Part shown: positions 1-64,000 of the stretch, in pieces
How the letters are laid out: each line of letters begins with the position of its first letter
Numbering within the stretch: position 1 is the stretch's first letter
DNA from: Eledone cirrhosa
Lineage: Eukaryota
Direction: 5' to 3'
Assembly: GCA_964016885.1 (NCBI GenBank)
Contig: OZ024742.1
Span: 301,940,001-302,004,000 of the forward strand
DNA length: 64,000 bases
Notes under the pieces: model-generated
Databases searched by the model: none
The model's input: only the letters and a program-made list of their open reading frames with translations
What the model was told of the DNA's origin: nothing
Program-made: the position numbers and the translations under genes

Positions 1-469
1 CGATGGTAGCAGTGGTGGTGGACATGTTGATGATGGTAGTGGTGATAATGGCGATGGTTATAGAAGTTGAAGTAATGGTGATGATTTTCTTCTTTAAATG
101 CTATAACTGCTGAAAAAGCATATTGAGAACCACGTAAAGTCTTTACGTCCTGAACCACATTAACGAAACAGTACTGACTGCATTACATTAAAAAGAAAAG
201 TTTTTACTTTTAACACGGCAAATTTTCACAACAATCTGTCCGCTAGTAAATGTTTGAGTTAACAAACATTTTTTTAGATATTTACTACTAAATCATTATA
301 GAATGTTAAGAGTTAACCAATGTGACTGTTTTATGTTATTTCTACTACATGAGTTTTTTATTGGCTCAATATGTTCGTATTTGTACCAAAAAATGTTACC
401 CTCAAAATGACATACTGTCAATTTCATACTGAACTGCAACTGTCTGCAGATAATTGTAGTTGTCTCCAA

Positions 470-800
470 ACATTGGTTGCTCTCTGACAGGTTTGCAGTT
501 AAGCCCATGGCAGTGGAAACTTTTGGTATCCTTGGCCCTAGGGCTACCTCCCAGCTCACCACCATCAGCACAGAATTGGCTTCCTGCATGTGTGAGCCTC
601 ACAAGCTGGAATTGCTCTTCCAGCGTCTCCCACACCATCCTCCAGGGAAACACCTCTATTCTGTCTGCCAGGGCTGTAGAGCAGCCAGCTCGTGGACCCC
701 CATTTGCTTACAATAGTGAGAGATAGGAAGAGCGGGAGAGACGGAGGCGGTGACAGTGTGAGTTTGATTCTTGTGTTCAGACCTTGTGTATATGTGTATA
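470..800 (+). mobile_element. 3' fragment of a CRE-like (restriction-like endonuclease) non-LTR retrotransposon
   Basis: Frameshifted peptide F..KPMAVETFGILGPRA...LFQRL / ILQGNTSILS resembles the C-terminal P.A.ET.G..G..A ... QR.S..IQRGNA..IL motif of RLE-bearing CRE elements. Confidence 0.65.
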
Positions 801-969
801 AAGAGAATTAATTTTCCTTCTGTAATCTTTTAAAATTACTTGTCTATAAACTTACATCTGTCCATTAGATACTATAAAAATTTGAATTAACGGGAAAAAA
901 AAAAAAATGAACCCCCCTAGTTATTACATACATCTAGTAACTTCTGACAATCTTACAAATAATACTAAC

Positions 970-62602
<61,633 letters not shown>

Positions 62603-62900
62603 TTTACTCTTGTGTTATTTTAACCAAATATTTGGTATTTTAGTTTGTTTATGAGATGACGACGACAGCAGCAGTAGCAGCAATAACAACAACTCCTCCA
62701 CTAAAAACTGTTCCCTTTCCACCTTTTTCTCTTTCTGCCTTGTACACTTCTTCTGCTTCCTTCCAGGGTGACAAACGGTGTTTATGTTGATGGTTATTAT
62801 ATTTGTTGTTTTGGTGCGTGAGCTATTTATTTAAGGGCCAACGCCGGGGTTATGTACCCGGGTCATCTCTGATGACACCCAACTGGAAGTGTAGCAGCAG
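62603..62900 (-). promoter_or_regulatory. Probable FAM91A1 5'UTR and proximal promoter
   Basis: TE-free, relatively CpG-retaining sequence directly upstream of the ATG; ETS-like ctggaagtg near 62884; TSS not determinable. Confidence 0.4.
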
Positions 62901-63477
62901 TTTTTATTGAGAAGTGTGATTGGAATGCAGGCGAAAAACAACAAAATTCACAGAAATTATATGGGAGCATGTAAGGGGAAAAATACTAGTGGGAGAGGGA
63001 ATGTGTTAAACAAGGAAGAAAAAACATAAACGAAATTTGCTTTAAAAAAAAAAAATAACGAATCAGACAGAAACTGAAAAGGAAATATAAGACGGATAAT
63101 ATCTTTAGAGGAGAAGAAAATAAGAGTAAATGACGAGCAGTTAAGTGCCCGAGAGATAACCAGACGCAGCCATTACCTTTTCCTCAACGCTACATCTGAC
63201 AACGAGCCACCCTGGCTGCAACAATCAGCAGTTTTAGATTACGGAAGACACGATATGCTTTAAAATATGAATTGAAGCAGCATTTCGATATCGCTGTTGT
63301 ATATAGTTTTCTGTCTTTTTTCGTATAACGGCTGTATTTCTTTTGTTACGCTCAATTTATTATCATTTTGAAATTATGTTTTAAAAACAACTTTTAGTTA
63401 AATTATTAGCTTGTCGAAATGCTGAAATAAAGATTAACATTTGTCTGCTCTGGATTTCGTTTCAGACACAAACTCCT

Positions 63478-63840
63478 TCAATATTGGACACACATTGCTC
63501 TCAAGCTCCTCTTCAAAGTGGATACATATTGCTCTCAAACTCCCTTTAAAATGGATACATATTGCTCTTAAACTCCCTTGAAATTAGACATGCATTGCTC
63601 TCAAGCTCCCTTGAAAGTGGGTACATATTGCTCTCAAACTTTCTAAATATTGAACACATGCTGCTCTGAAACTCTCTAGAAATTGTACATACTTTCATTT
63701 CAAACTCTCTACATTTTGGATGCATTTTCTTCTCAAATTCTCTAAATATTGGACACCCTTTTCTCTCAAGCTCTCCATAAATTAAATACACTTTGTTCTC
63801 AAAGATGCCAAATATTGAATATGCATTGCTCTCAAAATTG
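63478..63840. repeat. Degenerate 33-bp tandem repeat (aatattgaacacatattgctctcaaactctcta-like)
   Basis: ttgctctcaa recurs at ~33-bp spacing. Confidence 0.75.
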
Positions 63841-64000
63841 TTTTTGAAGTCCCAGGTCAGTTTGACAAAAAAAAAAAAAATCGATAAAATAAGTATGAGA
63901 TCATCGTCATCATGGGTTGGATTGCGTTCCTTCGTCATTTCTTCTGTAAGTCTCAGCTATTTGAGATCAGTTCTCACCACCTTCACCCAGGTCTATCTCT

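Noticed and set aside
1-969. Terminal FAM91A1 exon
   Set aside because: No phase-compatible segment resembling the expected C-terminus was found; it probably lies left of the window.
62900-63250. Divergent gene or upstream non-coding exon
   Set aside because: Donor-like motifs exist (gtaagg near 62970 on +, gtaatg near 63176 on -) but there is no supporting ORF or acceptor; cannot be supported without transcripts.
63546-63938. ORF with 11-aa periodic repeats (FESNxYxIxRE)
   Set aside because: Explained by a 33-bp tandem repeat; it starts inside an RTE tail and has no recognisable domain or splice context.

Overview
AT-rich, repeat-dense eukaryotic genomic DNA. The SINE/RTE repertoire and microsatellite load point to an octopus or another coleoid cephalopod (inference). 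The window is almost entirely one minus-strand gene, FAM91A1. I reconstructed 19 coding exons by hand from the ATG at 62602 down to 970. All have GT..AG boundaries with consistent phases and total 2438 nt (812 codons + 2 nt); the last exon(s) lie left of the window. The introns contain many 5'-truncated RTE-clade LINE copies (whose RT carries a PHD-type zinc finger), tRNA-derived SINEs, a young non-autonomous LTR element, mariner, piggyBac-like and Helitron-like DNA elements, CRE and Vingi-like LINE relics, a 4.6-kb 47-bp satellite and many minisatellites. The most notable unexplained structures are: a perfect 20-bp inverted repeat covering the exon 10 donor site; a perfect 109-bp GC-rich nested palindrome upstream of exon 3; three minimal hammerhead-ribozyme motifs in intron 1; a pre-miRNA-sized hairpin; and an LTR whose 3' end carries repeated LTR-end/PBS junctions. 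No prokaryotic-type systems are present.
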